A stretch of 61,923 nucleotides of DNA, filler included, from Sphacelaria rigidula (taxonomy: Eukaryota), in assembly GCA_964200075.2 (NCBI GenBank). It is 9 parts of 9 records of this genome, joined end to end, with 100 filler letters (N's around TTAATTAATTAA, not from the genome) between each part and the next. Parts side by side here need not be neighbours in the genome. Positions count along the whole stretch, not along the records: positions 20,677 to 27,468 come from CAXNAA020018060.1; positions 27,569 to 34,359 come from CAXNAA020018061.1; positions 34,460 to 41,250 come from CAXNAA020018062.1; 6 more parts are not named here. One strand, written 5' to 3'. The notes below the pieces were generated by a model, which saw only the letters and a program-made list of their open reading frames with translations, searched no databases and had not been told where the DNA came from. Below are positions 25,722 to 38,500 of this stretch, in pieces (position 1 is the first letter of the stretch; each line of letters begins with the position of its first letter). The translations under genes and the position numbers were made by a program.

Positions 25722-25986
25722 ATGAGCCATAACGCGAAGTGCAGTCAAATCGTCAACGTCGCGGGGGATTGGTAACATGCCTCCGGGCCGAGCAGTGTGG
25801 ATCGGGCTCAACCTCAACCATGGTGTTCCGCATTGCTCTACACAGAAACTTCAAAGAACATGCATGTGGCCCATTCCGAACACATGACCCCTCACCTCAT
25901 ATCCTGCTGCTTCCAGCTCCTGCGTCCAAGTGCCAAATACGCAAACGACGGACGACGAGCGGGCCAAAACGATGAGGCGCTTGCAG
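25722..25986 (+). CDS. Possible first two exons of an unidentified gene divergent from PHGDH
   Basis: 25722-25771 (ATG..TG|gtaac) and 25917-25986 (ttccag|..CAG|gtgc) join in frame as MSHNAKCSQIVNVAGDCSCVQVPNTQTTDDERAKTMRRLQ. Confidence 0.35.
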
Positions 25987-27063
25987 GTGCAGGGTTTGCA
26001 GGTGATGATGGTGATGATGTTGGTGATGTGGTGGTGTTGGTATGTATGTGTGTCATCCGCGTCTTGAATCGCGGTTCGGGCAGTCTCATAGTTTCACCCT
26101 CCAGTGGTGAAGTGAACAAACATGCGCTGCTTAAAGGCCGGTTCACGCTTGTCACTCCAAGCGTATTCATCTGTAAAACCTCACGCCGGATTCTGGACTT
26201 AGACTCCGAAAAAAAAGAGACTCTGAAAATTTGCACGCATTTACTCCAGGTCATTGCAATTTTTTTAGGACTGTTTCTTTACTAATTTCGTCCGTTACCG
26301 AGGGTCCCAGGGATTTCGGGGATTTGGGAGGATCAGACACCGTTCTGGGTCCCCGATAACCGGCGCGCCTCGATACGTTTCATAACGGCCTAAACATACA
26401 TGTGTGAAAAATGTTAGGTTCTAACTCCAAAAACAGGTGTGAGTTTTTGCGGATGAATGCGCTGAAGTGTACCGTGCCTCGTACAACCTTGTAGTTATTA
26501 TAGCTGATTTTAGTAAGACTCGTCCTTTCCACGTACGTTTGATGTGAAAACGACTCCATTGCATCAGTGTATCGACCTTAAGAACGGAAGTGAAGTACAA
26601 GTGTTCCTTGGACTACCTTACATTTAACATTGTTTGCTTCGAGGCATTCTCCACAGGTTTGCAGGGGGCTCCACGCCTGGATCTCCGAAAGTCGGTGATG
26701 AGCGGAGGAAGTTGGAAATAATTACAGCAATGCATTTTTCTATTAGGAGCACCACTACCTACCGAACTGCCAAGTTTGAGGGCAATCTGAGCTTTCGTCC
26801 GACAGATATAAGGTAAATCATCACGAGGTCTTTCTGGGTCTTTGGTGCATACCATCGACATACCACGATTCTGGGTCCATAATTCGATCCCATAGTGAGC
26901 GTTTTCAGACCTGTTGTTCCATGAGGTTCCCGAGTTGATGGCGGTTACAAAGATTTCAAGCATGAGATTGGGTGAAAGTTGGGTTGGAAATTCGTATTTT
27001 TAATCTCAATTTTGAAGGCCGCTTATTGATCGAGGTACCTTTTCTCCGCTAGCACTACTCTTG

Positions 27064-27222
27064 TGATCGAATGGTGCCACGGTACCGGTGCACGTTTTCG
27101 GCCAAAAGGTGTCTGACGTGGCACACTTGGGTCTAGATGTTTCTCATTGATGGGCTCCTGAAGTGCTCCTCAAGACCCTGACAAAATATTTGTGCACCCC
27201 TGCCGTGGCACCGTTCGATCTC
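27064..27222. mobile_element. Small TIR element (MITE)
   Basis: gatcgaatggtgccacggtaccggtgcac / gtgcacccctgccgtggcaccgttcgatc. Confidence 0.65.
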
Positions 27223-27790
27223 AAACAATAATCCGACTATGTCACCCTCTCAAGTTGTCCACGACGGTCAGTATTATACTATGTACAGTATCCGAATATT
27301 GGGTGTACGTACTGCGCGCGGAAGACATCTCCTGATTTGTGATTTCAGGGTGATGAGCGTAAACCGGCCTGTAGCAGAGGTTCATACCGTGCGCGCGCGT
27401 TATTCCTACGAGCTGGGCCAGCCCAGAAACGGATTTAACCTGGCAGAGCAATATCTCATCACCGGAAANNNNNNNNNNNNNNNNNNNNNNNNNNNNNNNN
27501 NNNNNNNNNNNNTTAATTAATTAANNNNNNNNNNNNNNNNNNNNNNNNNNNNNNNNNNNNNNNNNNNNTTCTTGATTTTTAAAAATCCTGAGCCTGGCTT
27601 TCTTAAAAGTGCGTTTCTTATGAGCGGGCCGATACTGTACTACTAATAGTATTTTGTTTTGTTTTCGATGTGGGGAGCTGGAGGGAGAGGGGCGAGGCAG
27701 ACGCCGGATCGGTACTGCTTACGTACTTCCTCGGCTCAAGCAAGAATTCTCCTTTTTTGTTTGTTTGTTTCGTCACCACGTTCAACCCCT

Positions 27791-27893
27791 CCCCTTCCTC
27801 GGGATTCGCTCCGTCTCGAAAAGGATGCGTGGTCAATGGTCGAACGACTAAGGCACGCAACAAATGAGTACGCCCCCCCCCCTTCCTCGGGAT
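27791..27893 (+). mobile_element. Family B module with a 15-bp target-site duplication, inside a SINE fragment
   Basis: ccccttcctcgggat at 27791-27805 and 27879-27893 flanks the module. Uninterrupted SINE copies carry this motif once (e.g. 7292-7306). Confidence 0.85.
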
Positions 27894-28104
27894 GAGCCCA
27901 TGAATTCAAGGAATCAACCCACACTCCTTACATTTGGATCAGCACTCCCGCGCACGCCGCGTCGACTGTCGTGAAATAACTCATTCTTGTAAAGTTGTGT
28001 TCTACAATATAGGGTATACCCGAAAGTGGGGGATTGTTGGTCAGCATACCAAACCATACCGAAATGTGTACCGAAGATTTCGGTTTGGTTCGGAAGGGTA
28101 TCTA

Positions 28105-29412
28105 CTAGGGCACTAATCGTTATACGTCACAAAGGTTCGTTACACGTCACAAAATTCGATACACGCGGGAGCCCTGTTCAAAGTGAAGTCGAATCAAATT
28201 AAGCGTCGGGCCAGGCTAGTACTACGGTGGGGGATCACGGTGATCCTTCACCGTACGAGCTGGGCCGGCCATCAGTGATTCCAAACGAAGAGTGCAGATG
28301 CATTTGGCAAATCGAAGAGGTAGGCGCTGAAATTTTGACACAACATTTTCATCATCAATCCGCGCAACACTCCGAGTGGTGCAAGAAAAAAAAACAAGAA
28401 GTTAGAGTGACTTGAAGTTTCAGCAAAATCAGGAAAAATGCTGTAACTTCCTTAAAAAAATGTTTAAAACGATGACAACGCTCGGGTACATACGAGCACT
28501 CGCATCACCCACATCCTTGTAAAGTTTCAGCCGAAAATACGTAAAATCGGGGTTCGCGTCGCACTTTTTGTGTGACCCCGGTGGTCAAACTGATACAACA
28601 ACCTCAGAACACACAGGTCATGAGTTCGAATCCCGGTATGACCACTTCTGTTTTTTTTAAAGGGCATGACCACATGCATGATGCCATGCCCGTATCATCA
28701 GTTGCGGTATCTGCGTCCTACGATACAGCCGTGCACGCGCTGTAGGAGCTGCATGGCGCTTTTGCTTCGACGAGTTCTCATGTCAAGTACGACCAACAAC
28801 CTCTTATCGCAGAGTGTGGCCATGTCTGTTGTAGGAGCATGAAACGGGGCGGAGACAGGTGCGATTTCGCTCGGCAAACGTGTCTTGTGTGATTTCGGGA
28901 GAACACTGTACAATCGTTTCAACACGACTGCAGCTTTCATCGCTCTGTTGAACCTGCCTTTACTCCCGAAAGGCAGGGTCGCGCAGGTTTTATGCTGTTA
29001 GCGACATTGAGTTGTGTTGTAGAGGTTGCAGAACTCTTCGACTGCTTTCGCCTGCACATATCGGGTGTTCGCGTGCCTGTGCGGCGGAATTTACAATCGT
29101 GATTCCACCGCATTTTGTGAAACGCAAGTCTCCAGACGCGCTATCGCACGGAGAATTGGGACGTACTCGGTACTCAATGCAGTACAAAAATATCATCGCC
29201 AAAAGTGCACCAATCGAGCAGCGGCGGTTCCTATGTTACCAGGTTAGTCTGCAGTTCACAGCGATATGCTCAGGTCGTGCTGATTTGGGAAACTTGAAGA
29301 GTTGTGGTGACGACAGAGGATGCTGGGTTTATGGCCGGCCCAGCTCGTAGTACTAGCCTGGCTTAACCTGTGATGTGTAACGAACTTTGTGACATGTAAG
29401 GTCAAGTGCCCT
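28105..29412. mobile_element. ~1.3-kb non-autonomous element with inverted ends and an internal tRNA-like segment
   Basis: gtcacaaag(g)ttcgttacac..ccaggctagtactac..cgagctgggccggccat on the left is mirrored at 29330-29400. A B-box gagttcgaatccc lies at 28622-28634. An inverted partial copy lies at ~61170-61780. Confidence 0.65.
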
Positions 29413-29689
29413 GGTATTCATCGATAACTTCCTTTCATATACTTGTGTAAATGCCCGAATTTCAGGCGGTATACCCTTCCTACAGGACCCAACCCTGCAT
29501 CTTTACCATGATACTCCCATTTCTCACGTCCGCAATAATAATATCGGATATTTCTGGGAAAAAAAATCAAATGCATCTGTTGACCGGGGAACCTAACCCG
29601 CATTCTCCCGATCTAATAATCACTTCGAATGTAACATTACACCACCACCACACGGGGGGCGATGTGGTACCTTTTTTTTTTCGGTCACA

Positions 29690-29990
29690 CTCCCAAACCC
29701 TCCCCTTACTCGGGACGAGTCCGTGATCTCGAGAAATGAATCAACCCATCTCTCCCCGGTACACGCCTTGCATTTTGGTCTCGCAGATTGGATCATGACC
29801 ACTCCCGCACCGCATCAACCATCGTAAAAGGAAGTCAGTTAACTGCTTTTTTGTTTGCTTACGTACTCACGCTTTCGACGGTGGATATCGTATCCTTTGC
29901 GAAACAACAAAAAACGCTTTGGGAATCGAACCCACATTCTCTCCGCCCTACTGATGATAGCCGGACCTTTTTAATTTACGCCACCGGGGG
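29690..29990 (-). mobile_element. tRNA-headed SINE copy
   Basis: B-box GGTTCGATTCCC on the minus strand near 29921-29932. The body matches 7286-7595. Confidence 0.7.
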
Positions 29991-30178
29991 TAGGCGGCAT
30001 TACGGCGTACAGCCTTCACTCCGTTTCGCGGTTGTTTAGAATCTTGCGATGCCCCAGATATCTGCGTTGTTTCGCACATGGCTCAGCCAATAAACATAAG
30101 TGGGATCCGTGGACGACGGAGGCAACTTATCTTACCCAGGACACGGATGTGCAGGTTATAGCTTCTCAATTGGTGTAG

Positions 30179-32970
30179 GGTGTACAGAGCGTATGGGAAC
30201 GCGAGGTGGACATGGAGTCGGTAAGCCTCGAAGAGTAAGGCCTAGGACAAGGTAGGGACTGACGGGCGGTGGGCGCGGGGGGCACTGCGCCTTGAGTGAG
30301 GGGTATGACCATATCCCGAACAGGATATTGGAGAATGGCACGGTCCGGGTCGAACGAACGGGTCATTAGTAAGCGGGTCGAGTCATATGCAGGTGGTGAT
30401 CTCAACCAGTATCTCGAAGTTGACCCGCTGTTGCCTTGTTTCACCTGTCCTCCGTCTACTCTTGGATTTCAGTTACATTTTCCCGTACAGCCGAAACCTC
30501 AATCATTTACAGTTTCCGCGTGCCCAGCCCCTCAGTTGGCATCTCTGAAGATTTTTGACGGTTGTGATATTGGTATGTGTCTCGCATTATTTCACCGCTT
30601 GTCCTCCGTGCGTCTCATTGCCACCGTCCTGCTGTTGTGAAAAAGTTGGAGCTAGGTGTGCTACGCCTGCGACCTCGTACCGTCTGCGCTACACCTGCGT
30701 CATCCTCCACCACCGTTCGAGGAGTTAGGCATGTGACGAGAAAAGCCACACGGTTGTCGGGGTTGTCCGCTGTACTTCCCGAGGCCGATGTGGCTTTCGA
30801 GGTGAGACTGCCAGACGGCTAGCGTTTCCTATGGGGGAAAACGACTATTCAATGATGACTGCATTTTTCGTCATATGTTTGTCACGATTTCCCCCCGCCC
30901 TCTTATTTTCTTTTCTCAAGTCTGCTCTGTTTCGTCTACCCTTTTTTTGTGTTTTGTTTTTCTTCATTTTTCTTCAGCGTGGGCACACGATGGCCATCAG
31001 AAGTTACACTACATCCACCCAATACAACGTACATGCACAGCATGTCCATTCTTCAAATAGATCCCTACCTCTCCCTCCCGAGCTTCGTGTCCAAAGGGAT
31101 GCGTGGTCGATGGTCAAACGACTGAGGGAAGCAACAAATGAGTACGCTCCGCCCCCCCCCCCCCCCTCACCCCACCTCACCCCTGACATCGATGTCACCA
31201 TTGTTATTGACCCACCATGCAGGTAGGAGCAGCCACGCCCATACTGGAGGGTGTTTTCGCCATCCTGAGGGGATGCAAGGGCTTCGAAGAGCAAGCCCTA
31301 GTACGAGCGACCGCCTTCATGGGCGAAACACACGGAGTGTCTGGTCGGACGGAAGAACTGAAAAAATCACGGGAGGCGTTCATGGCAACGCTTTTGGAGC
31401 ACGCCGTGGCTGCGAACCGTGCGTGTGAACAAAGCGGTGAGGGCGAGCCGTCGACGGGGTTTGGCAGACTTACCACAAGGAGATTACAGGTGCGGTGTGT
31501 GTGTGCGTGTGTGTGTGCGTGTTTCTTGAAATAAGGAGGAAACCTGACCCAACACTTTCCTCTCAAGCGGGCTGGTATGCCGATTACCGGGGAGGCTCGC
31601 TAGACTCCCTTGCTTGTGGGAGTCATGTGGGTTAGGCGCTTCGAGTGTCGGGAAGCTTTGCTCAAGGCAGTGTGGGGGTCCGATCCTCTAAAAATACCCC
31701 GTCAACTTGGCGCAGTGCATGTGCCGCCCCACTCTCATGAGCTTCGGCCCCAAGTGGTGCAGTGTTTGTTTGTTCATGTTTGAGTATGTGGGTCGGAGCG
31801 CACAATGGTCGGTTTGTTAGAGTCACGTTGAAGTTTTACGTCATTTCACTGTGGGACTACTACTACTGTACAGAATTTACACACCCTGGACAATGGCGAT
31901 ATGTGGTCAATATTAACAGATGTAATAGACAGGATATGTACTGGATAAAGTATAGGCCTAGTGCAACTATTGACGGCCGGCAAAAGTTGCAATAGGTCTA
32001 TACTTTTACCCAGTACACTTGTTGTCTATTGCATCCATCTATTGACCATATACTGTCATTGTCCAGCGTGTGAAGAAATTCCCCAAGAGTCGGATGGATA
32101 ATGATTCGTTTGAATGTTGAGTGATTTTTACTGTAGTTGATTCGTAACGTACGAATCAAGTAATCCTTCAGCCGTGTTTTTCAGCGTTGTACCTCAGGTA
32201 AGCGCACCCCTGGCACGTGGAATACAGCAAAATTTGCATAAAGACGTTTTGACCCGCGATCGACGTTGGTTCTCTCTTGCGAGCACTTGGGTCTCGGAAA
32301 TCGTAGATTTGGTCATAAGAACCGGCCATAATTTGCCCCATACTTGAAATGTTCTCTACCTTCCTCCCCTCCGCCCCCTATCCCCTAAAAGGGAAATGAA
32401 AAAATGCCGAGGCGATAAACTACGATGACTTTTTTTCGAGGCTTTTTATTGTTGGTTTCTTGCTTTCCTCTTGTCAAGACACGGCCTACAGACGTTGATG
32501 CTTGTTGGGCGATTCAAGGAAAGCGGTGTGTAAAGCCGAGTTTTTTTTTAACAGGATATGTAAGGTTTGCCTGTAGGATCGGAGCGTGTGCCGCTGTGGT
32601 TCGTCGAGCTGTTGTTGAGGCGTGTGTTAACCGACGCTGTATAATCACTGAGCTCCGTGTTGCGTCCTGCTTGCTACGCTTCGACGGATGATTGCAAGGA
32701 CGAAGAAGAGGCAGTTGTTTGTTCTCCCATTATGTTCAGGTTTTACTTCACGCGTACATCATCTGTCGATCATCCATGCCGTCGGTATTGAACGAGGGAG
32801 GGGCAAAAAATATTGTGAACGCCCTCATGCAGCGCAGATTGCGCCTTGGTATGAACATCACCGGAGGGTTCGGGGGCTCCTTTTACGCACGACAGAATCT
32901 TGCGAAGCTGGCTCTCGTGTGCCGTGCATCACTTGGCACACATGGTAACCTCCTGACTAGATTTGACGCC
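30179..32970 (+). CDS. Spliced gene fragment, tentatively a divergent MCM-family (MCMDC2-like) AAA+ region
   Basis: Phase-compatible exons 30179-30220, 30491-30572, 30656-30801, 31223-31489 and 32740-32970. The exon structure is well supported. The MCM assignment rests on by-eye motif spacing only. Confidence 0.6.
31874..32080. mobile_element. Fold-back MITE (whole-length imperfect palindrome) in an intron
   Basis: cacaccctggacaatggc..tggtcaata..aatagaca..tgtactgg..aaagtatag..tgcaact is mirrored around ~31975. Confidence 0.8.
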
Positions 32971-34641
32971 GTGAGCGAGGCAGGTTCCGTGCTGCACAAT
33001 GACTTGATGATTGGCAGTTCCCATTTCCCGTACAGTTGTGGGCGGCCTAACTGTTCATTTTGTGGCATTTTGTGATTTTTTTGTAATAGTCAAATTTCTT
33101 GGGCTCTTTTCGCCTGCCACCGCTTATCACATTGGGAATTTGAAGATATTTGTTTCTGCTCTACATTCCAGGAAAATATATATATATATATATATCTGTA
33201 CACAATATTGAATGACCTACGGGCTGACCGGTCATCGGGGGTCCTGCCACGTTTCAGTCCAGATTCTCACTGTTCGATATTTTCGGTCGATCGAGTCTGT
33301 CCCGACCATATTTGTGAAGAAATGTACAGTTTTATTGTTTTGAAATTATACCTACTCATTGCACTGGAGCTGAAACACTGTATTTCACGGTTTATTACAC
33401 CGTCCTGATAAACGGGGTGATTACTCGTATCGCCCGATAACACCAACTGACACTGACTTGGGCACTGTGTTTCGAGGATGATCCACTTGAAGTACCAAAA
33501 TCCACTGACGCTAGCAATTTCGAACTCTATCGAAGAGTAGTACGCGTGGGAAACCCCAAAATACCCCTGAATACTTAGACCACCCACTACTGTCTTTCAT
33601 AAGTATTGAGGATCATGTTCTGCAGGGTATGTGTGTGTTGTCGCCCCTTCTATTCTGGATGCCGGTTGACACCTTTCGATATATGCGGGCGCACCAGTCT
33701 GGGTCACACAGGAGGATGGCCAACACAGGAGTTTTGTTCTCTCGTTCGTTTGTAGTCTCCTCCTTCATTCTGCGATTCTTGCCTTTTTTTTTTATCGCGA
33801 GAGGGCTTCAGCAGTACCTTTTCCTCGTCGACCATCAAGTCGAATTTTGTGTACCCACGACATAGTCGCTCTCCACCGTCGGGCAAAGTGTGAGAAAAAA
33901 TCCCAGATCGTGTGACTGCACCGAGATTATGAACCGACTACCCAACCGTCAGAAGGCTACGAGGTTACCAACTGAGCCACCGGGGCGGGGCATACCGGCT
34001 GAGATTGGGGCCATACGAAAGTATGAAAGAGGTATTTTTTCTGTAAATATCCTTCTAAACCATACCGGATCTTTCGGAACAATGCCCGATACCGTACTGG
34101 TACCGGACAGATACGGGAATATTAGGTACACATTCCCGCACGGTTTAGTATGCCACCCGAAAATCCCCGCCTCACGGTATATATACCCTACAGAACACAA
34201 CCTTGTTGATAGTGAATGTATATATATATTGTTTATTTAATATAATTTGAATTTAATTCGTTAGTTGTTTGGGAGTTGTTGGAGTTGAATTATGTCTGAG
34301 GACCGACGCCCGGATGGGTAGGGTGACTCGTGTACAGAGTCGAGCTAGGACATTGTAGGNNNNNNNNNNNNNNNNNNNNNNNNNNNNNNNNNNNNNNNNN
34401 NNNTTAATTAATTAANNNNNNNNNNNNNNNNNNNNNNNNNNNNNNNNNNNNNNNNNNNNGTTTTAGGCTTGAGCCTCATCTCGAAGTTAAACCTCAATTC
34501 TCACAATTTGTTGTTATACGGTGTTCAACCGAAGGAAACACTTAAAAAAGGAAAAACGTGCCTGTTTTTAGCACTGCGGCTCGTGTTGAAGTAGAAGCTG
34601 GGAAGCTGATGACGTTGTCGTTTTGGACGTGGCTTGTTTAT

Positions 34642-34922
34642 TGGCGTTCGGATGCTAGAGTGGGTGACGCGCGTGTCGAGGGATATTACTGCTGCCGATC
34701 TTGGGTACCGCGTACTGCCCCGCTTAGCTCGAAAGTACAAAATAAAGATGAATACATGCCTTCGGGGCTCCTCCGCCCATCTGGGATAATAGCTGAGAAA
34801 CTGTGATTTTGTTGTCCTTGATGCAGCTGCTCACTGGCGTTTGGATGCTAGTGTTGGTGACGCGCGTGTCGGGGGGTATTTCCGCTGTCGATCTTGGGTA
34901 CACCGTACTGTCCAGTTAGCTC
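34642..34922 (+). repeat. Two ~88-bp direct repeats (34642-34730, 34836-34922)
   Basis: ggcgtt.ggatgctag.gt.ggtgacgcgcgtgtcg...gatcttgggtac..cgtactg..c..ttagctc occurs twice. Confidence 0.85.
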
Positions 34923-35558
34923 TTGTGGTGCTGCGATGCTGTCCGTTGATGCTGTTGCCCTTCTTGTTGTCTGCGGCCTATGCGCGTTTCGATGCCTCGT
35001 TGAAAAACCCGTTTTAACTCTCCTTCTGAATACCGTAGATAGTTTATATCATGTTTGACGTTTAAATAAAACCTCGAGGTCGCCTGAGCGAAGCGTAGCC
35101 TGATCTAAGCCTACGACGTGTATATCCCTAGCAGTCCGTACATGTGCCCTGACCCAGGTCATGCTAGCATAATAGAAATCCTCATGTACCGGGTGCATTG
35201 TCGCGGGAAGTTGTAAGCTTGCCATGGCCAGTTGAGGCCAGATATCATCTATGAAATTAATTCACCCATGTTTGCCCACTCACACACACTGAAACCACCA
35301 CTGAATCAGACCACACCGCACGAACACCTAACCGAAAACCACTGAACGAAGTGGGGTAGTCATTCCTGGGGAAAACGCTCATACAAACATGACATGTCAT
35401 AATCCCATATTTTCGGCACGCGAAAAGGCGTGTGCCCCCAGTAGATTTGTACTGCAAGTACCACACCGGGTATACCTCAAATAACAGGACTAGTCTCTTA
35501 TTCGTACTTCCCCTGTACGTCATGATCCAATCTTGATATCCATTTCCCCTCTATCCAG

Positions 35559-38500
35559 GCAGATCCTGGAGCGTAAGTATAATCGATTAAATTTGACTTG
35601 CTTTTGAAGGAAAGAGAAGAAAATCCAGTATAACAGTATCCTACCTGCCTGCTGTGCTGCACAGACTGCACGATACGGCACCGTCCGTGCGATATGTAAT
35701 GTCTACAGAGCTTGTGGTTTGGTGAGTTTTTCTAAGCGCACGACTGACCGAAGGCAAGCGTACTTGAAAAATGCAATCTGGCATTGAGCTTCTGGGTGCC
35801 TCTTGTTGTTGTGTCCGACAGCGATCTACTGCCGCTACCGACCCCCGCGACAGCAAAGATTGAAATCCTGAGCGATTTTCCAGACACAACGCAGCTGTCC
35901 GGCTGTCTGCGCAGAAACAACAGCAGACCACAGCATCATGAAGCAGGTAGTTGCTCGTGGCAACAAACCGTGTGGCTGTGACGTAGAATGCATTTTGTTA
36001 AGAAGCCACGCATCGACTGGTGAGAAAGTTGGGGTCGGAATTTGGGGAGGTTGGGGCTGGACCGTTGGAAAGGGTGGTGAAATACGATTAGGATGCTTTG
36101 ACTAAGAGCTGGGACTATCTACTACTAGCATTGAGTTCCAGTGATGGCAATGACGGTTAACGTTTTCTTTTTGTACCCCCCTCGCCCCTCCCCCCCTAGT
36201 TTGACACCCATGATGCAGTGTAAAAGCCGTGGCTGTCTCTGGAACTGACGATACCACAAAAAAAAGCAACCCATTGTTGGCTGTCATCCAATTCCTAGAT
36301 TATCAATAGGCTTCGAGCCGAACAATTTTAGCAGGATGCAGCTCACCCTTCATGCAACTCGTCGAATACACCACGTCGCGTCGCGTTTGGTGATATGAGT
36401 GCAAGCCTGGTCCGGCGAAAACCCGGCGTGCTCCGTCTTGGCTCAGTAGGGATGCGCGGTCAACGGTCGTATGACTATGACATGCATGATCATGAGTGCA
36501 ACCCTCTGCCTCCCGGACTGTGTTGTGATTGCCTTGGCATCCCATGTATTCTCGACGCCAGTCTACCTCTCGAAACTTGTGAGCGCATCAGCCGGGGCCC
36601 CACAGGAGGAAGGTCAGCACGAGAGTTTCTCCTTCTTTTTTTTTCTTCTTAATCCACCGTCCTTGTACGGTGGAATAGGGGCGAATTGCCGCCATCGCCG
36701 GGCGGAAGAATTATTTCTCGGCCGTTGGCCCATGCAGGGTAGTGCACGAGCAGGGGAAACAAAAACAAAAAAATCGACTGGAGAATGCAAACTATTCCAT
36801 CAAAATGATTGCGTACGCATCGGACACGTTTAAGGGCCCCGCCTGCGTGAAATACGTAACTCGTGGCATAGAGGAGTATATAGTTACCGGTCGATTACGC
36901 ACTTGCCTTTCCGATTACCCCTCCATTTTCTTCAGAGAGAGGTCACGAGAAAAAGTATCTACCGTACTTAAAAGCGTAATTCATGCGCAGCCAGCACCAT
37001 CCTGTCTTGGCATGGGACCGAGAGCGGACAAATCGTCCGATGCCGCTTATTTTTGTAGTACGAAGCAGTTTTCCCAAAACGCCTTATATCGCGAATTCAG
37101 TGCGAATTCTTGCCAGAATAAGGAGTTCAGCGGATGATGCTACTTCAAATCGACTTGTCGCTGCTTCAGTGCGAATTTTCGCTGGAATAAGGGGTTCGGC
37201 CGGTTGTGCCACCTCGAAAAGACTTGTCGCTGCACTCACTTCGAGGGCCCTAGCGCACTCATTCGATATTCAGTGTCCCCAGTTTGACTTTAGGCCAAGT
37301 GAATGCTTTATCAAGCAACCCCGAAATTATACTACCGTTTTTTTCTGGGATCATTATCATTATCGCACAATAGCCCCGTCTCTCGAACCCGTGGTCACAG
37401 GCGTAGACTCTCGCTTTTCCAGTGCCGTCACCACTCTCCCTTGCATGAGATGGAAGCGCCCATTGTGCGGCTTCGTCTAAGACTCCCAAAACAGAGCAAA
37501 ATAGATATGTATCAGTAAGAGATGGACGTCAAGGAAACAAACGACAACCACCCCCTCCTGAGTTCGTCGGGGTGTGGGAAAACAAACATCAGGTCTGCCA
37601 AAGAAGTAAAGAAACGGCATGGAGACCAAGTAAGGATCAAACTACATCCCCAGGTACTCACGGAGAGAAACATGACCGTTTTCAGGGATACGGCAGACAC
37701 ACGAGCGAGTACACTACTTGATGGGCTACTCGTTGTATTCCGACGATCTTCGATAGACACAGAGGGAATTCTAGTGGCAAAGCAAAAAGTTGATTTACAT
37801 GGCGTGGATTGGTCCAATCCGTCATGCGCTTCTTAGCTGCTTCCCCTACGACCCGGTACGACTCTGGACCATTTTTCCGATTTACGTCCATCATGTTGCA
37901 TCTATTCCGAAGGTGAAGCAGTACTCAGGGATACGGTGTTGCAAGCGTTTCGCGATTTGGCCTGCCTTCTTGTCTCCTCCGACCATTTCTCCACGCATGA
38001 CGATGTCGAGGAGGCGCTCGTCGAGCTTGCGCGCGACGTGGCCAGCATACAGTAGGACTTGCCTCGATAGCCTCGATGCAATCGCAGACAGCCCCCTCGA
38101 TACCCTGGCAGCAGGCATCATAAGGTAGTGCGGGGCGCTGTGCGTTAAGATGTGCTTGTTGCGGCACCTGCGGCACCTCAGCAGTAATCCGCGGCGGGCT
38201 TTGCGTAACAGGCTGATTGGGTGAGAAGGTTTGAATCACCCAGCCGTAACGCATGATCTCAATCACTTCCGACGCCAGGAAACGAGCATTTGCGGCCAGA
38301 GCAATGTAGGCGTTGCTGCATATCGGTCTGCTGCACTCGATGAAGTACTTCCAGGCCTGGCCAATGCCGCGGTTGACGTCAGTGGTGACGTCGCCGATGC
38401 TGTTTACGGTACCGCCGAGATGGACGAAAATACTCCACTTGCTCGCGCCTTTGGTCTGCCGCCTCCACCTCAACCACGTCCGCCTCCACTCCCGCATGTG

